Shown: in pieces, positions 21,601-30,937 of the stretch
Layout of the letters: every line of letters begins with the position of its first letter
Position numbering within the stretch: position 1 is the stretch's first letter
NCBI GenBank assembly: GCA_031362565.1
Contig: JANLSU010000070.1
Location: forward strand, 1-64,000
Reading direction: 5' to 3'
Length of the DNA stretch: 64,000 nt
From: a bacterium
GTDB taxonomy: Bacteria > Krumholzibacteriota > Krumholzibacteriia > G020349025
Notes under the pieces: model-generated
What the model saw: only the letters and a program-made list of their open reading frames with translations
The model's database searches: none
Told to the model about the DNA's origin: nothing
Translations under genes and position numbers: made by a program

Positions 21601-22763
21601 CTCGAGATCTCGCCCGGCGCCGCCAACGTGACGCCGGCACCGTAGTTCGAGAAGTTGGCGCGCGCCCCCGTGGCGTCCACTGCGCCGACTGCAATGACGC
21701 CCGGCTGGCTGCTCGGCCAATGCGGCGCGGCGCGCCCGCCATTGCCGGCTGCCGCGACCACGACAACACCATGCGCCAGCGCATATTCGAGCGCCGCCCG
21801 CACCAGGCGCGATTCCTCGCTGTCACCCCAGGACAAGTTGAGAATGCGGGCGCCATTGTCCACCGCATAGACGATGGCCGCCGCGGCGTCATCGGTTTCG
21901 AGGACGCCGCCGCCGAGCGGCGTCGTGTACGCCGCCCGCAGCGTCATCAACCGCACGAACGGCGCGACGCCCTGCAGCGATCCATCGGCGCCGACGATGC
22001 CGGCCACGTGGGTGCCGTGGCCCTGTTCGTCGCTCGGGTCCGCATCGCGATCCACGGCATCGCCGGCAGCGCCTTTGCCCGGTGCATCGGTAAAGTCGAA
22101 CCCGTGGACGTCGTCGACATAGCCGTTGTCGTCGTCGTCATCGCGCTCCCATTGCTCGACGATGCCGTCGCCGTTTTGATCGTTGGCGTCGTCGGCGAGG
22201 CGTGCATCGCCCGGTGAGTCGTCGTTGAGCCACAAGCGGCGCACGAGATCGGGATGGGTGAGATCACTGCCGGTATCGATCACCGCAACGATGATCGTGG
22301 TGTCGGGCGTGACGGCCGCGAGCGCTTCAGGAGCGTGAATCTGCGCCACATTGGGGGGAATCTCGGCGGCAGCGCCACCGGCGGGTGGGCTCGCGACCGC
22401 AACATCGTGGACGGCTTCACAAAGGACGTCTGGGCGGTGCACGGCGAGCCAGGCGCGGGCGCTTTCGCACCTCTCGGCGGTCGGGAAGCGCACGATGCAC
22501 CAAGCATCCATCGGATGCGAGAGTGCCGGCCCACGGCCGGCGGCGAACGCGGTCCCGGTCTTGAATGCAGGGGGTGAGATCGAAGCCAAGAGCGGCCGGG
22601 CATCGATCGGCGGTGAAGGTAGGGCCGCAAGAATCGACGTAAGGGCCGCGGTCCGCGTCACGGCCGACGCCGCGGGTGCCGGCACGCGCACCGCGAGACT
22701 CAGCGGCTCGGCGCGCGCCACGGTGGCCGCGGCAAGCAGCCCCAGCGCCCAACCGAACCGCAC
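18606..22763 (-). CDS. Secreted S8 (subtilisin) peptidase with FG-GAP-like repeats, Fn3/Ig-like domains and C-terminal FlgD-Ig sorting domain
   Basis: Catalytic triad VIDTG / HGTHVAG / GTSMA; GDxDxDG repeats; APNPVRP..IYDVEGQLVR..WNLRN..ASGTY; GTG start after AGGAG. Confidence 0.88.
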   Translation of the reverse strand: MRFGWALGLLAAATVARAEPLSLAVRVPAPAASAVTRTAALTSILAALPSPPIDARPLLASISPPAFKTGTAFAAGRGPALSHPMDAWCIVRFPTAERCESARAWLAVHRPDVLCEAVHDVAVASPPAGGAAAEIPPNVAQIHAPEALAAVTPDTTIIVAVIDTGSDLTHPDLVRRLWLNDDSPGDARLADDANDQNGDGIVEQWERDDDDDNGYVDDVHGFDFTDAPGKGAAGDAVDRDADPSDEQGHGTHVAGIVGADGSLQGVAPFVRLMTLRAAYTTPLGGGVLETDDAAAAIVYAVDNGARILNLSWGDSEESRLVRAALEYALAHGVVVVAAAGNGGRAAPHWPSSQPGVIAVGAVDATGARANFSNYGAGVTLAAPGEISSTFEGGILSLAPGGGRARLRGTSMAAPHVAGAAAIVMSRPDHPDAEAVRTLLIAGARRATRADWSAAVGHGVVDVLQSVHASADAFVEFLAPSRAYFRGRVTLLGTVLGSDIVRWRVDAAPHAGGPNVELRAWTAAAVVADTLVAMPFTVPPEGLWDVTLAAETGAGRTLSRHTAFQSDTTPPRLKSLAVASGWRSGAAHDCVTLVADEEVQARIGIAPGDTLYDADAGLTTRLQIEVPQRTGSGPWQLTLTNAAGLAFDTLATAPPGLGRWPREAQVERGDSTAAFMPEAAAGRAPDGTAVVWGRGQVADSLTTLQAWGVNSGQWTLRFDAGRQMRPVAAGDANGDGADDVLAQRSVARAGQAVWLVSRSASGFPDSLLASVPAERVLGLFQLDADAPLEALLSSDDSLFVYDDVRTLPPRRLQALVNPSRAGFNVFGADAAVGDFDADGHIEIASGDAEGHVAVWERDATGVFQVEWTADTQGTYAYDFTALATGGFLVGRQRSASVTGDGFATAPYDFIPYLPDGSGAFFVQGPPLTFLGPENDLQAGSAAARDPFDNTAWLALVRGSDLYLQRDGVHVTQLPGAGGDAPVLLDLDGDSHLDVVCRSSNGARWWRTGAAAGELADLETESLGSTRVQLRWTPNVALTSRVRRLHANVWDTLGETSTATWIDSTAVADADYSYEVEAVAGLVVQGRTNRVDVHTQALPRLVRAVQFGRESLRVTASNRFGPSALAPDAWRLEPAAGAGPHVLQAGLVGDGRDIELVLDAPLPLGTTVIRAARVRDDQKGRFRAAGAAIAIVATRPPPPFAVRGVHAEANGFAVVFGRAVDPATVLAGNFIVRRSTVQLAVATATLADSATVQLRLAPGAPLLALGAAFFVRVGAALQAADGTPLVHPELDYHVAQNGRGVAFMRVAPNPVRPQDPEEVVFADVTPQTRVRIYDVEGQLVRDLSGAADGGLRWNLRNSAGGRVASGTYVFVARDGTGVRQGRVVVAR

Positions 22764-22771
22764 GGCGTCTC

Positions 22772-23692
22772 CTACAGATCGATGGAAAAGGCGAACTTGT
22801 GGCCGGTCCCAAGATCGTTGCCGACGTCGGCGTAGGCGTAGTCGAAGTGATAGCCCGACTTGCGAATTCCGACCCCGAACGTCAGTCCCTGGGAATCGTA
22901 GTTGGCCTTGTAGCCGACGCGCGCACTCGCCACATCGCGGTACACGTACTCGAGGCCGACGTGCTGGCGCGCATCGCCGTCGGTTACGAACACGAGATCG
23001 AACGCGGCGACAATCCGGCCCGCGAGTTCCGGCATGGCGCGTTGGTAGTCGGCGCCCAAGCGTGCGGTCGCCGGCAACACGAACTCGTCGGACACGAACT
23101 TCACTTTCGGGCCTAAGTTCTGCGCCGCGCCGGCGAACGTCAGGCCCTCGATCTTGGTGCGATAGCGCGCTCCGAAGTCCACGGCCCAACCGTTGGCGCT
23201 GACGTCATCGAGCTTGCTGTACAGGCTCTTGACCGCGATGCCGAGATCGACATCCGGAACGATGCGCCGCCCGTAGGCGCCGGCGACGGTCATTTCGAAA
23301 GCATTGAAGTTGCCGCTCGGATCGGCGCTGGCGTTCTCACGCCGCTCGATCTCGTCGAGGTACATGCCCGAAAAGTGCAAACCGAAATTGCCGGCAGCGG
23401 TGGCGTGGGCGAGTGATGCCGTTTCCATTCGCACCGTGCTCAGCCACTCGTCGTGCATCAATGTAAAGCTGGTGTTCTTCACCGATGCCAAGCCGGCGGG
23501 ATTCCAATAGGTCGCCGTGGCATCCTCCGCAAGCGACACCTGGGCGTCGCCCATGCCGGCCGAGCGTGCCCCGGCCCCCAAACGCAATGACAAGAAGCCG
23601 GCGGTGCCCGCTTCGCCGGCAAACGCGAGCGCCGGCAACGCGACGCAGAATCCAAGCGCGACGCACGGCGCCCAATTCGAGATGCGACCCAT
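22772..23692 (-). CDS. PorV/PorQ (UPF0164) family outer-membrane barrel
   Basis: FLSLRLGAGARSAGMG, YWNPAGL, QNLG, FDYAY motifs; signal peptide; AAGGAGG RBS. Confidence 0.85.
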   Translation of the reverse strand: MGRISNWAPCVALGFCVALPALAFAGEAGTAGFLSLRLGAGARSAGMGDAQVSLAEDATATYWNPAGLASVKNTSFTLMHDEWLSTVRMETASLAHATAAGNFGLHFSGMYLDEIERRENASADPSGNFNAFEMTVAGAYGRRIVPDVDLGIAVKSLYSKLDDVSANGWAVDFGARYRTKIEGLTFAGAAQNLGPKVKFVSDEFVLPATARLGADYQRAMPELAGRIVAAFDLVFVTDGDARQHVGLEYVYRDVASARVGYKANYDSQGLTFGVGIRKSGYHFDYAYADVGNDLGTGHKFAFSIDL

Positions 23693-23812
23693 GGAACGCG
23701 AGCCTCCTTCGCCCCCGGTCGCGCCGCAGGTCGCGCGGTTCCGGAAACTCGTCTCATTGTAAACCGCATGGCGGGCGCCCGTCCACGCCACAGGCAACCG
23801 ATCAATCAAGGG

Positions 23813-26800
23813 CTAACGGCGAATGACCACCGGCCGGACGCGCTGTCCGCCGGTCGAGAGTTCCATGTGTGCAACATACGCTCCGGGAGCAAGGCCGCGC
23901 ACGTCCAGCGCGAACTCGACGATCGTCCCCGCGGTGCCGGTGCGGCGCGCGGCGCGCACCAGTTGGCCTTCGATGGTGTAGAGCCGGAAAGCGACGCTGG
24001 CCGGCGCCGTAAGCGCGACGCGCCCCCGCAATTCTTCGGCCGCCGGATTGGGGCCGACCGTGAAACTCGCGAGGCGCGAATCGTTGCTCTGGACTTGCAC
24101 GGCGGGTGCCCGTTCATCGCGATACGTGTGGGCGCCATTGCCACCGGCTTCGCCCCACGCCACGTTCCCAAGCCGCGGCAGATCGAACACCGCCAGCTCG
24201 CCGCGTGGCACGACGATCAGACTGTCCGGGGCGGGCCAGTAGCGCCGCGTCGACGCGAAGCGCCCGGCGGCGATCAATTCCTGCCGGCCGTCGCCGTCCA
24301 AATCGGCAAGCAGTGGCGTACCGGCGGTACGCGCCGGCAATGCGGCTTCGAGGTCGCGCACCCGGCTGCCGTATCGGTTCCACACCTGCAACGCTCCACC
24401 GCGCAAGTGCAGCAACACTTCCATCCGTCCATCGCCGTCCAAATCCGCAACGAGCGGCGCACCGGCATCACGCCCCGGCTCCGGTTCACGATCGAGGCCC
24501 GGTTCGTGCGAGAACGCATCCGGCCAGCCGTGCAGTTCGGCGCCGGTCGCCGATAACACGTGCAGGGCGCGAGTGCCCGCAAACACCACTTCCAGCGTCC
24601 CGTCGCCGTCCAAATCCGCCAGCGCCAGCGGCGAGACGTGGGTGTCCGCAAAGGTCGAGACGCGGCCGTGAGTCCAGAATTGCCCATCGTCGCTCACCAG
24701 CACGAGGTCATCGGTCGCATCACCATCCAAGTCGCCGCTCGCCATTTGCACGGCGGCGTGCGTCCAGTCCAATTGGATGTGATCTGTCGTCGTGCGGCCT
24801 TCGACTTCGACGGTGCGGGCGCTTGGTGATTCGAGCAACCAGGCGGCGGCCTTTTCGCGGCTGCCGATCGTTTGCGCCGCGATCGGGGCGCTTTGGGGCA
24901 ACGTCGTCCCCGGGTGTGGTGTGCCGTCGAGCGCCCAACTGCCGTCGGAAGCCCGCGTCAAGAACGACAGCTGCACGACTGGTACGAAGAGCGGTTGTGC
25001 GGAAGCGACGGCGATGGCGATTTGTCCGTTGGTCTTGAAGTCGTAGAGCGCCGGCGCCGTGACGCTGCCGGGGATCGCGGTGAGCAGCCCGTCGCGGGTC
25101 GACGGATTGGCGTCCCGATCCCACACTTCGCTCCCATCGGCGTGCCAGGCGAAGATTCGCGCCACCGGTGCACCGAAGGACGCCCCGTTCACGGCGACCA
25201 CCAGATCCGCGGCACCGTCGCCGTCGATGTCGCCGACGGCCGGCGGGCCGGCCCACGATCCGCGCAGTGCAGGTGCAAGCGTGTTCCAAGGCGTCAATCC
25301 CGGCGTGCCGTGCGCCGCGTCGGCAAGCCCACGGTCGAGGAGAAAAATACGCCCCGAATCGGCCAGCGCCACGACCGCCGACGTTCCGCCGGTGAGCGGC
25401 AATGCCACCAGGTCCGACAACTCGAAGCGCGCATCGTCACGCCAGGCCGTGCGGCGTGGGGCGGCGATTTGCGCCGCCGGGGGGCCAAACTCGATGCGCA
25501 CTTGGGCCCGTCCTCCCGGTGTCGTGACAACCGAATCGGGCAAGGCCACGAGCGTGATGCGAATGCCGGTCGGCGCGCCATTGACGCTCCGCGTATTGGG
25601 ATCGCTGTCGGGTCCAAAGACGTGTCCGCGCACCCAATAGTCGTCGGCGCTGCCGAAGCTGCGCGTGTTGTCGGGGCGCGAGTCCAGGTCCTGAATTCCG
25701 TCCGCTTCCTCGACATCGACGGCTTTGCGGCGCGGATCGCCTTCCACATTGTTGCTGGTCGTCGCGAGCACGTCCTGCAGCGCCTGCTCGTCGACGTGCA
25801 GCACCAAGAGCCCATAGCCGTCGCCGGCCTGAACGCCGCCGAGCTGATCGGTCATGAAGAAATCCCACTCGGCGCCGGCGTACGAATCGATGTCGTCACC
25901 GGGCGATAGTTCGCCATCGGCGTCGTGATCGATGAAATTGAACGCACAATCGGCGTTGCGGTCGTCGAATTGGAAGAAGCGTTGCGGCCCGCGCGGCTGC
26001 CCGGCGCACGTTTGGATGTGCGGCCCATCGGGATCCTCGAGCACGTACGACACCAAGAAGTATTCACGTTCCGAAATCCGCACCCGCACGACGGTGGAAT
26101 CCGCCGTACCGCGCTCGAGGTCGCGAAGCGCTACCGTGGCATCGGCGTTCACCTCGACCGGATCGAGCCACCCCATGAGCAGGCGGTTGAAGGCGCTCGG
26201 CTGGGCCGGAATGAAGCCATTCGCGACCCACAGCCCATACGCCATGACATCGAAGTTTCCGAGCCCCTGCGAATCCGGCACCGGCGACGGTGTCGAGTCG
26301 AAGAGTGGAATCAGTCCCAGGCGCTGCCCGATTTCGTGCGCGTAGACACCGAGACTGCCGAGACGCGTGTTGTCCGGTGGATGCAGATCTTGGACTTGCC
26401 ACTCGGGTAGCACCACGACGTTGCGCACTTCGACGCCGTCGGCGGTCGTGATCCCGGTCGCCGTGCTGTCCGATCGCGACAGCACCTCATGAAATGTCCG
26501 GTCGTCCAAGAAGCCGGACCAAATTTGGGTCGGCGAATCGCCGTTGATGTCGGATTCCTGGCCGGGACCCGCGTGCACGACGATGACGCCGTCATAGCCC
26601 GAAAAATCCACCACGCTGTCGGCGGCTTGGACGGCTTCACGCGTCAGTTCGACCATCGAGCTGTCGTAAATCGCCACGTCGCCGTAGCTCGGCTCGGGAT
26701 GCGCGGCGCGCGCCACGACATCGGCCACGTCGACGCGCAACCCCAAGCGGCCCTTCGATGCCGCGTCGAAGTACTGCGTCACGTAGTGAAACTGGGTCTG

Positions 26801-27094
26801 GTAGTAGAAGCGGTCGTGGCGCTGATCGGCGGGCGGCGACGCCCCGAAGGCGAGATCGGGAAATTCGATCCTGAGCGCCAGCAAACGCACGCTGTCGACG
26901 CCGGCCGCCTTGTGCGGCAGAAGCGCACCGGCGGCGAGCCGCGCTTGCAGGCGCGCGAGGTTGTCGCGCGAAACGCTGTGCGCCGGCGGCACGCTGCGCC
27001 CGTGCTTGTGGGGCGCCAGCGGTGACGCGAACGCCACCGAGTGGAGCCCGAGAAAACCAGCGAGCGCGACCAGCGGAAGCCAACGATTGCGCAC
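23813..27094 (-). CDS. M6 (immune inhibitor A)-like metalloprotease domain protein with FG-GAP repeats and C-terminal sorting domain
   Basis: LALRIEFPD, VVHAGPGQE, HEIGQRLG, DVMAYGLW, SAFNRLLMGW, ADLDGDG repeats, GPNPA..YTIEGQLV..LAPGAY. Confidence 0.8.
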   Translation of the reverse strand: MRNRWLPLVALAGFLGLHSVAFASPLAPHKHGRSVPPAHSVSRDNLARLQARLAAGALLPHKAAGVDSVRLLALRIEFPDLAFGASPPADQRHDRFYYQTQFHYVTQYFDAASKGRLGLRVDVADVVARAAHPEPSYGDVAIYDSSMVELTREAVQAADSVVDFSGYDGVIVVHAGPGQESDINGDSPTQIWSGFLDDRTFHEVLSRSDSTATGITTADGVEVRNVVVLPEWQVQDLHPPDNTRLGSLGVYAHEIGQRLGLIPLFDSTPSPVPDSQGLGNFDVMAYGLWVANGFIPAQPSAFNRLLMGWLDPVEVNADATVALRDLERGTADSTVVRVRISEREYFLVSYVLEDPDGPHIQTCAGQPRGPQRFFQFDDRNADCAFNFIDHDADGELSPGDDIDSYAGAEWDFFMTDQLGGVQAGDGYGLLVLHVDEQALQDVLATTSNNVEGDPRRKAVDVEEADGIQDLDSRPDNTRSFGSADDYWVRGHVFGPDSDPNTRSVNGAPTGIRITLVALPDSVVTTPGGRAQVRIEFGPPAAQIAAPRRTAWRDDARFELSDLVALPLTGGTSAVVALADSGRIFLLDRGLADAAHGTPGLTPWNTLAPALRGSWAGPPAVGDIDGDGAADLVVAVNGASFGAPVARIFAWHADGSEVWDRDANPSTRDGLLTAIPGSVTAPALYDFKTNGQIAIAVASAQPLFVPVVQLSFLTRASDGSWALDGTPHPGTTLPQSAPIAAQTIGSREKAAAWLLESPSARTVEVEGRTTTDHIQLDWTHAAVQMASGDLDGDATDDLVLVSDDGQFWTHGRVSTFADTHVSPLALADLDGDGTLEVVFAGTRALHVLSATGAELHGWPDAFSHEPGLDREPEPGRDAGAPLVADLDGDGRMEVLLHLRGGALQVWNRYGSRVRDLEAALPARTAGTPLLADLDGDGRQELIAAGRFASTRRYWPAPDSLIVVPRGELAVFDLPRLGNVAWGEAGGNGAHTYRDERAPAVQVQSNDSRLASFTVGPNPAAEELRGRVALTAPASVAFRLYTIEGQLVRAARRTGTAGTIVEFALDVRGLAPGAYVAHMELSTGGQRVRPVVIRR

Positions 27095-27403
27095 AGGTCT
27101 CCTCGCAAGGCGCCACGAACGAGCCTCAGCGTAGGGCGGGCTGGAACCCCGGTCAAGACGCGCCGCGACCCGTGGCCTCGGCGCCCGGGCGCCGGGGCTG
27201 AAAAAGAAGGCGGGAACCCCTCGCCGCCCGCAATGCCGCCCCTGATCGGCACCACAGGTTACTCAGGGTTCCCTCACGAACCGGCAGACGGTCACGGACC
27301 GACCAGGCGACGCGGACCAAGGAGTTTCCTTGGGGGTCAAGTTCCACCCGCGTGCTGTCGAAGCCTGGGGGCTCGGTCTCGCTTTCCGCGTTCCGGCCGG
27401 CCG

Positions 27404-28501
27404 TTACCTTTCTGTACGGCGGTCGCGACGCCGGGCGCGTTCGGCGTCCGTCAATCCATCGGCGCCGCGTCGCGCGATCGCGACACGCGGCATCTCGAAA
27501 CGGCGGGCACGGGGCCGATCCACGCTCTCCGCCGCCGGAGTCGCGACGCGTCGCGCTCCGTCGTCGAGATCGCGATCGCCTTCCCGCGACGTCGCTCCAC
27601 GTCGCGGGCCGTCGACGGAAGGGGCCCCGTACTCCGCCGCGTCACGTTGGTGCCTGCCCGCATCGACGCCCACTTCGCGCCGGCGCCGTTCACCCGGGAC
27701 GGGACTCCGGTTCCCCGGTGACGGCCTCGGCTCGAAGTGCGCTTCGGCGTGCCGCAGCACGCGACGATCGTTCTGGTAGACGTACAGTGGTCGGTACACC
27801 GGCCGGCAATACCGGCCGCCGCGCTGCCAATCCCAGGCCAGTTCGGCGCGGACTTGCGTCCACGGACCGTGGTAACCGCGATAGCGGCCGGCGCACACGC
27901 CGCACAAATACGCCGGATGCGAGCCCGCATGCCCGACGCAGTACCACGCGGCGTGGGTCGCGAACGCCGCCTTGTCCCAGTCCGGGAAAAGCAACCGGTT
28001 CACATCGTTGAAACCATCGAGTGGATCGCCTTGCACCCGCAGCGGACTGCCGTCGCGCCACCAATCACACCGGCCGTCGCCGGCGACGAGTCCGATGCCA
28101 CGCCAATCGAACGGCACCGGGCTCGCAACGGCCTGCACATAGACGATCCCCTCGACGCCGCAATCGGCGATCGGATACGCGACACTGCGGCCGTCCAAAC
28201 GCACCCGCTCACCCGCCGGCACGAATCCGTCCGCGCTCCAGAAGCGCGGGAAGAGCAACCGAACCCAGCCCTGCGGGTCGATGGCATACACCGCCACGTA
28301 TGCATCCGAATCGACTTGGAACGACAGGCGTGCCGTTTCGCCCGCCTGCACAACGGCGCCGGAACCGCCTGCAATGCGCAGATCGAGTTGCACGTCGCCG
28401 CCATACCACGCGTCCCAGTCCGGGCGCGGCGGATGAGCGGTTGCCGCGGCCGGCAACGCCACGCACGCCGCGATGCACCACAGGCGAGAAGCGTGCTTCA
28501 T
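27404..28501 (-). CDS. DUF4384-like secreted protein with Arg-rich tail
   Basis: Signal peptide; GETARLSFQVDSDAYVAVYAIDPQGWVRLLFP; GVEGIVYVQAVASPVPF. Confidence 0.7.
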   Translation of the reverse strand: MKHASRLWCIAACVALPAAATAHPPRPDWDAWYGGDVQLDLRIAGGSGAVVQAGETARLSFQVDSDAYVAVYAIDPQGWVRLLFPRFWSADGFVPAGERVRLDGRSVAYPIADCGVEGIVYVQAVASPVPFDWRGIGLVAGDGRCDWWRDGSPLRVQGDPLDGFNDVNRLLFPDWDKAAFATHAAWYCVGHAGSHPAYLCGVCAGRYRGYHGPWTQVRAELAWDWQRGGRYCRPVYRPLYVYQNDRRVLRHAEAHFEPRPSPGNRSPVPGERRRREVGVDAGRHQRDAAEYGAPSVDGPRRGATSREGDRDLDDGARRVATPAAESVDRPRARRFEMPRVAIARRGADGLTDAERARRRDRRTER

Positions 28502-29415
28502 CGCGCCACGCTCCGTTCCGAGCGGCTGTGTACGGGGCCGTTGCCGGCTCCCAGGTGCGGCTTGAGTTCCAGGCTGTTGGGTTGGATTTGATACGCCCAG
28601 TCGAGCAGCACCGAATCCCCGCTCAAGCCGACGACGCGCACCTTCGCGACATTGAACGGTTCGACATCGTTCCCCGACCGCGTTTCCTCGTACAGCTTGA
28701 GGAGGATCACATGCCCCATCTGCAGAGGCACCACCGACACCGGCGACCAGGTCGACTCGTCGAGGTGGCCAACGCGGTCGTCGTCCAAGTTGAAGACGCC
28801 GAGATCTTGAAGTTCGACCACACTCGGTTGCCCGGTGCGCAGCACCGGGCGGCCTTCCCAGGCGTAGTACACATCGGCGAACAAGCTGTTGGACTCGAGC
28901 GCATAGCCGTAAGGAGACCGCGAAAAATCGTAGCCGCTCTCCGCGTGGCGGGTGCCGTTCGCGTCATAGAGGCGCAAATCCCGGCCGGCCGGCCGCGGCG
29001 TGTCGGAGGCGACCGACGCATCGCCAAGATCGCTGTGATTTCCGGCGTAGTCGACCGATTCGACGGCGAACCAGTAGGTCGAACCGTTGCGCAGATCGAA
29101 CGGCACGTCGGCCGGCAACGATGCGCCGCGCACGACCCAGTGGCGTTGCGACACCGGCGCTTCGGCAACGCGGTAATAGTCTTGATCGTCGCGGCTGATC
29201 AGGATGCGAAATCCCGCCAGGTCCGCGTCGTGCGGCGGCGACCAGTAGACTGTCACTTGACCATCTCCCGTTACCGAGTAGACGTCGCGCGGTTCGCCGG
29301 GAGCGACGTTGTCGTTGTGGTCGAGCACGTCGCGCCGGTGTGCGTCGTCGAAGCAGCCGGTGAGCGCAGCCGTTCCGACGAGCGCAATGCAGATTCCAGT
29401 TCGCCGCCCGGTCAT
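28498..29415 (-). CDS. Lipoprotein with fibronectin type III domain
   Basis: Lipobox LTGC; GDGQVTVYW..DLAGFRI..LRNGSTYWFAVESVDYAGNHS. Confidence 0.8.
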   Translation of the reverse strand: MTGRRTGICIALVGTAALTGCFDDAHRRDVLDHNDNVAPGEPRDVYSVTGDGQVTVYWSPPHDADLAGFRILISRDDQDYYRVAEAPVSQRHWVVRGASLPADVPFDLRNGSTYWFAVESVDYAGNHSDLGDASVASDTPRPAGRDLRLYDANGTRHAESGYDFSRSPYGYALESNSLFADVYYAWEGRPVLRTGQPSVVELQDLGVFNLDDDRVGHLDESTWSPVSVVPLQMGHVILLKLYEETRSGNDVEPFNVAKVRVVGLSGDSVLLDWAYQIQPNSLELKPHLGAGNGPVHSRSERSVAR

Positions 29416-29572
29416 GAGGTCTCCCCGCGAAACAGCTTGTGGCGCGCACCATGAACGTGATTCACGCCAACGCTTGGTCCACAGGAACAGGCTCCCGACC
29501 GCTCTCGAGACAATTTCGTCCGATCGACACCCCAAGGCGCGGTTTCCGAGACCGCACCTGCAGTGATGCTTC

Positions 29573-29588
29573 CGCAACCGACATGCCA
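29573..29588 (-). promoter_or_regulatory. Sigma-54 (-24/-12) promoter for the lipoprotein-DUF4384 operon
   Basis: TGGCATGTCGGTTGC versus consensus TGGCAC-N5-TTGC; palindrome TGTC-N8-GACA upstream at 29753-29768. Confidence 0.65.
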
Positions 29589-29821
29589 GTGGACGGCAGT
29601 TCCGCCACGCGCCGCATTTCGCGCTCGACCGGCGGGCGCATTCGCAGCAGATGCTGGCACTTGCGTCGGCGGCGCCGGCGCGCGCCGGGCAGTGGCGCGG
29701 CGCCGCGTCCCGGTCTCGAACTCACTCTTGTTGTTGTCATGCCTGAACACCTTGTCTACTTTCCGACACAGTGCCACGCGAATCCCGCGCGGCCCGGCCG
29801 ACTCGCACGACGGAGAGTGGA

Positions 29822-30937
29822 ATGCCCCTCGCACCGGCTCCGGAACTCGCCTGTCCGCGTTGTTCCGGCCACTTGGAACCGGGCCCGGGCAGCGCGCGCT
29901 GTTCCCAGCATGGCGAGGTCGCCCGCCTCGACCCGCACGGGGTCTGGGTGTTCGACGCGTCGGACACGTACTGGGGCGAGGTGGACCGCGGCCTGATGCA
30001 GCGGGTCCTCGCCACCGCCCGGGCCCACACCTGGCGCGCGGCGCTCGAGACCGAGCTGCGGCCGGTGCATCCAGGCCTCATGAACTACGTCCACCATCCG
30101 GCCCGCGCCGACTGGCACGTGCTCTTGCCGCTGGATCGCGAACACACCGTGGCGTTGGATGTCGGTGCCGGTTGGGGCGCCAACAGCTTCGGGATCGCGC
30201 CGCACGTGCGGCGGGTCTTTGCGGCCGAGAAAGTCGCCGAGCGCGTCGAGTGGATTGCGTTGCGCGCGGCGCAGGATGGGATTTCGTCCGTCATTCCGGT
30301 GCGCGCCGATCTGCAGTCGCTGCCCTTCGCGCCGGGCAGCCTGGACGTCGTGGTGGTGAACGGCGTGCTCGAATGGGCCGGCCTCGCCGATCCGAACGCG
30401 CCTGGCGGGCGCCCGGCGAATCCGCGCCTGCTGCAGGAGCGCTTTCTCCGCCAGCTTGCCACGCTTCTGCGCCCGGGCGGCTGGCTCTACGTCGGCATCG
30501 AGAACCGCTTCGGCCATATGTTTCTGCGTGGCGCGCCCGACCATCAAGGACTGCGCTACACGAGCCTCATGCCGAAGCCCATGGCGCGGGCCTACACTTG
30601 GCTCCGCGCCGTGGCGTCACCGCGCACCCATCACGTCGAACGGGACTACCGCACTTGGATCTACTCGTTCACCGGTTACCCGGCATTGCTCGAGCGGTGC
30701 GGTTTCACCGACGTGCAGCGCTATGCGGCGGTACCCGGCTACAACGTGCCGGCGGTGCTCGTGCCGCTCGCGACGCGCGGTCCGATGCGTTACCTCACAC
30801 AACGCGTCCGGCCCGCCGCCGGTCCGCGCGCGCACTTGCGACGCCGGATGTCGCAAGTTCTCGCCGACACGGGGCTCGAAGCCTGGCTGACATCGTGTTA
30901 TGCGCTGACCGCGCGGCGCCCCGGGCGTGACTCATGA
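29822..30937 (+). CDS. Class I SAM-dependent methyltransferase with N-terminal Zn-ribbon
   Basis: CPRC..CSQH, LDVGAGWG, LPFAPGSLDVVVVNGVLEW, LRPGGWLYVGIENR. Confidence 0.85.
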   Translation: MPLAPAPELACPRCSGHLEPGPGSARCSQHGEVARLDPHGVWVFDASDTYWGEVDRGLMQRVLATARAHTWRAALETELRPVHPGLMNYVHHPARADWHVLLPLDREHTVALDVGAGWGANSFGIAPHVRRVFAAEKVAERVEWIALRAAQDGISSVIPVRADLQSLPFAPGSLDVVVVNGVLEWAGLADPNAPGGRPANPRLLQERFLRQLATLLRPGGWLYVGIENRFGHMFLRGAPDHQGLRYTSLMPKPMARAYTWLRAVASPRTHHVERDYRTWIYSFTGYPALLERCGFTDVQRYAAVPGYNVPAVLVPLATRGPMRYLTQRVRPAAGPRAHLRRRMSQVLADTGLEAWLTSCYALTARRPGRDS

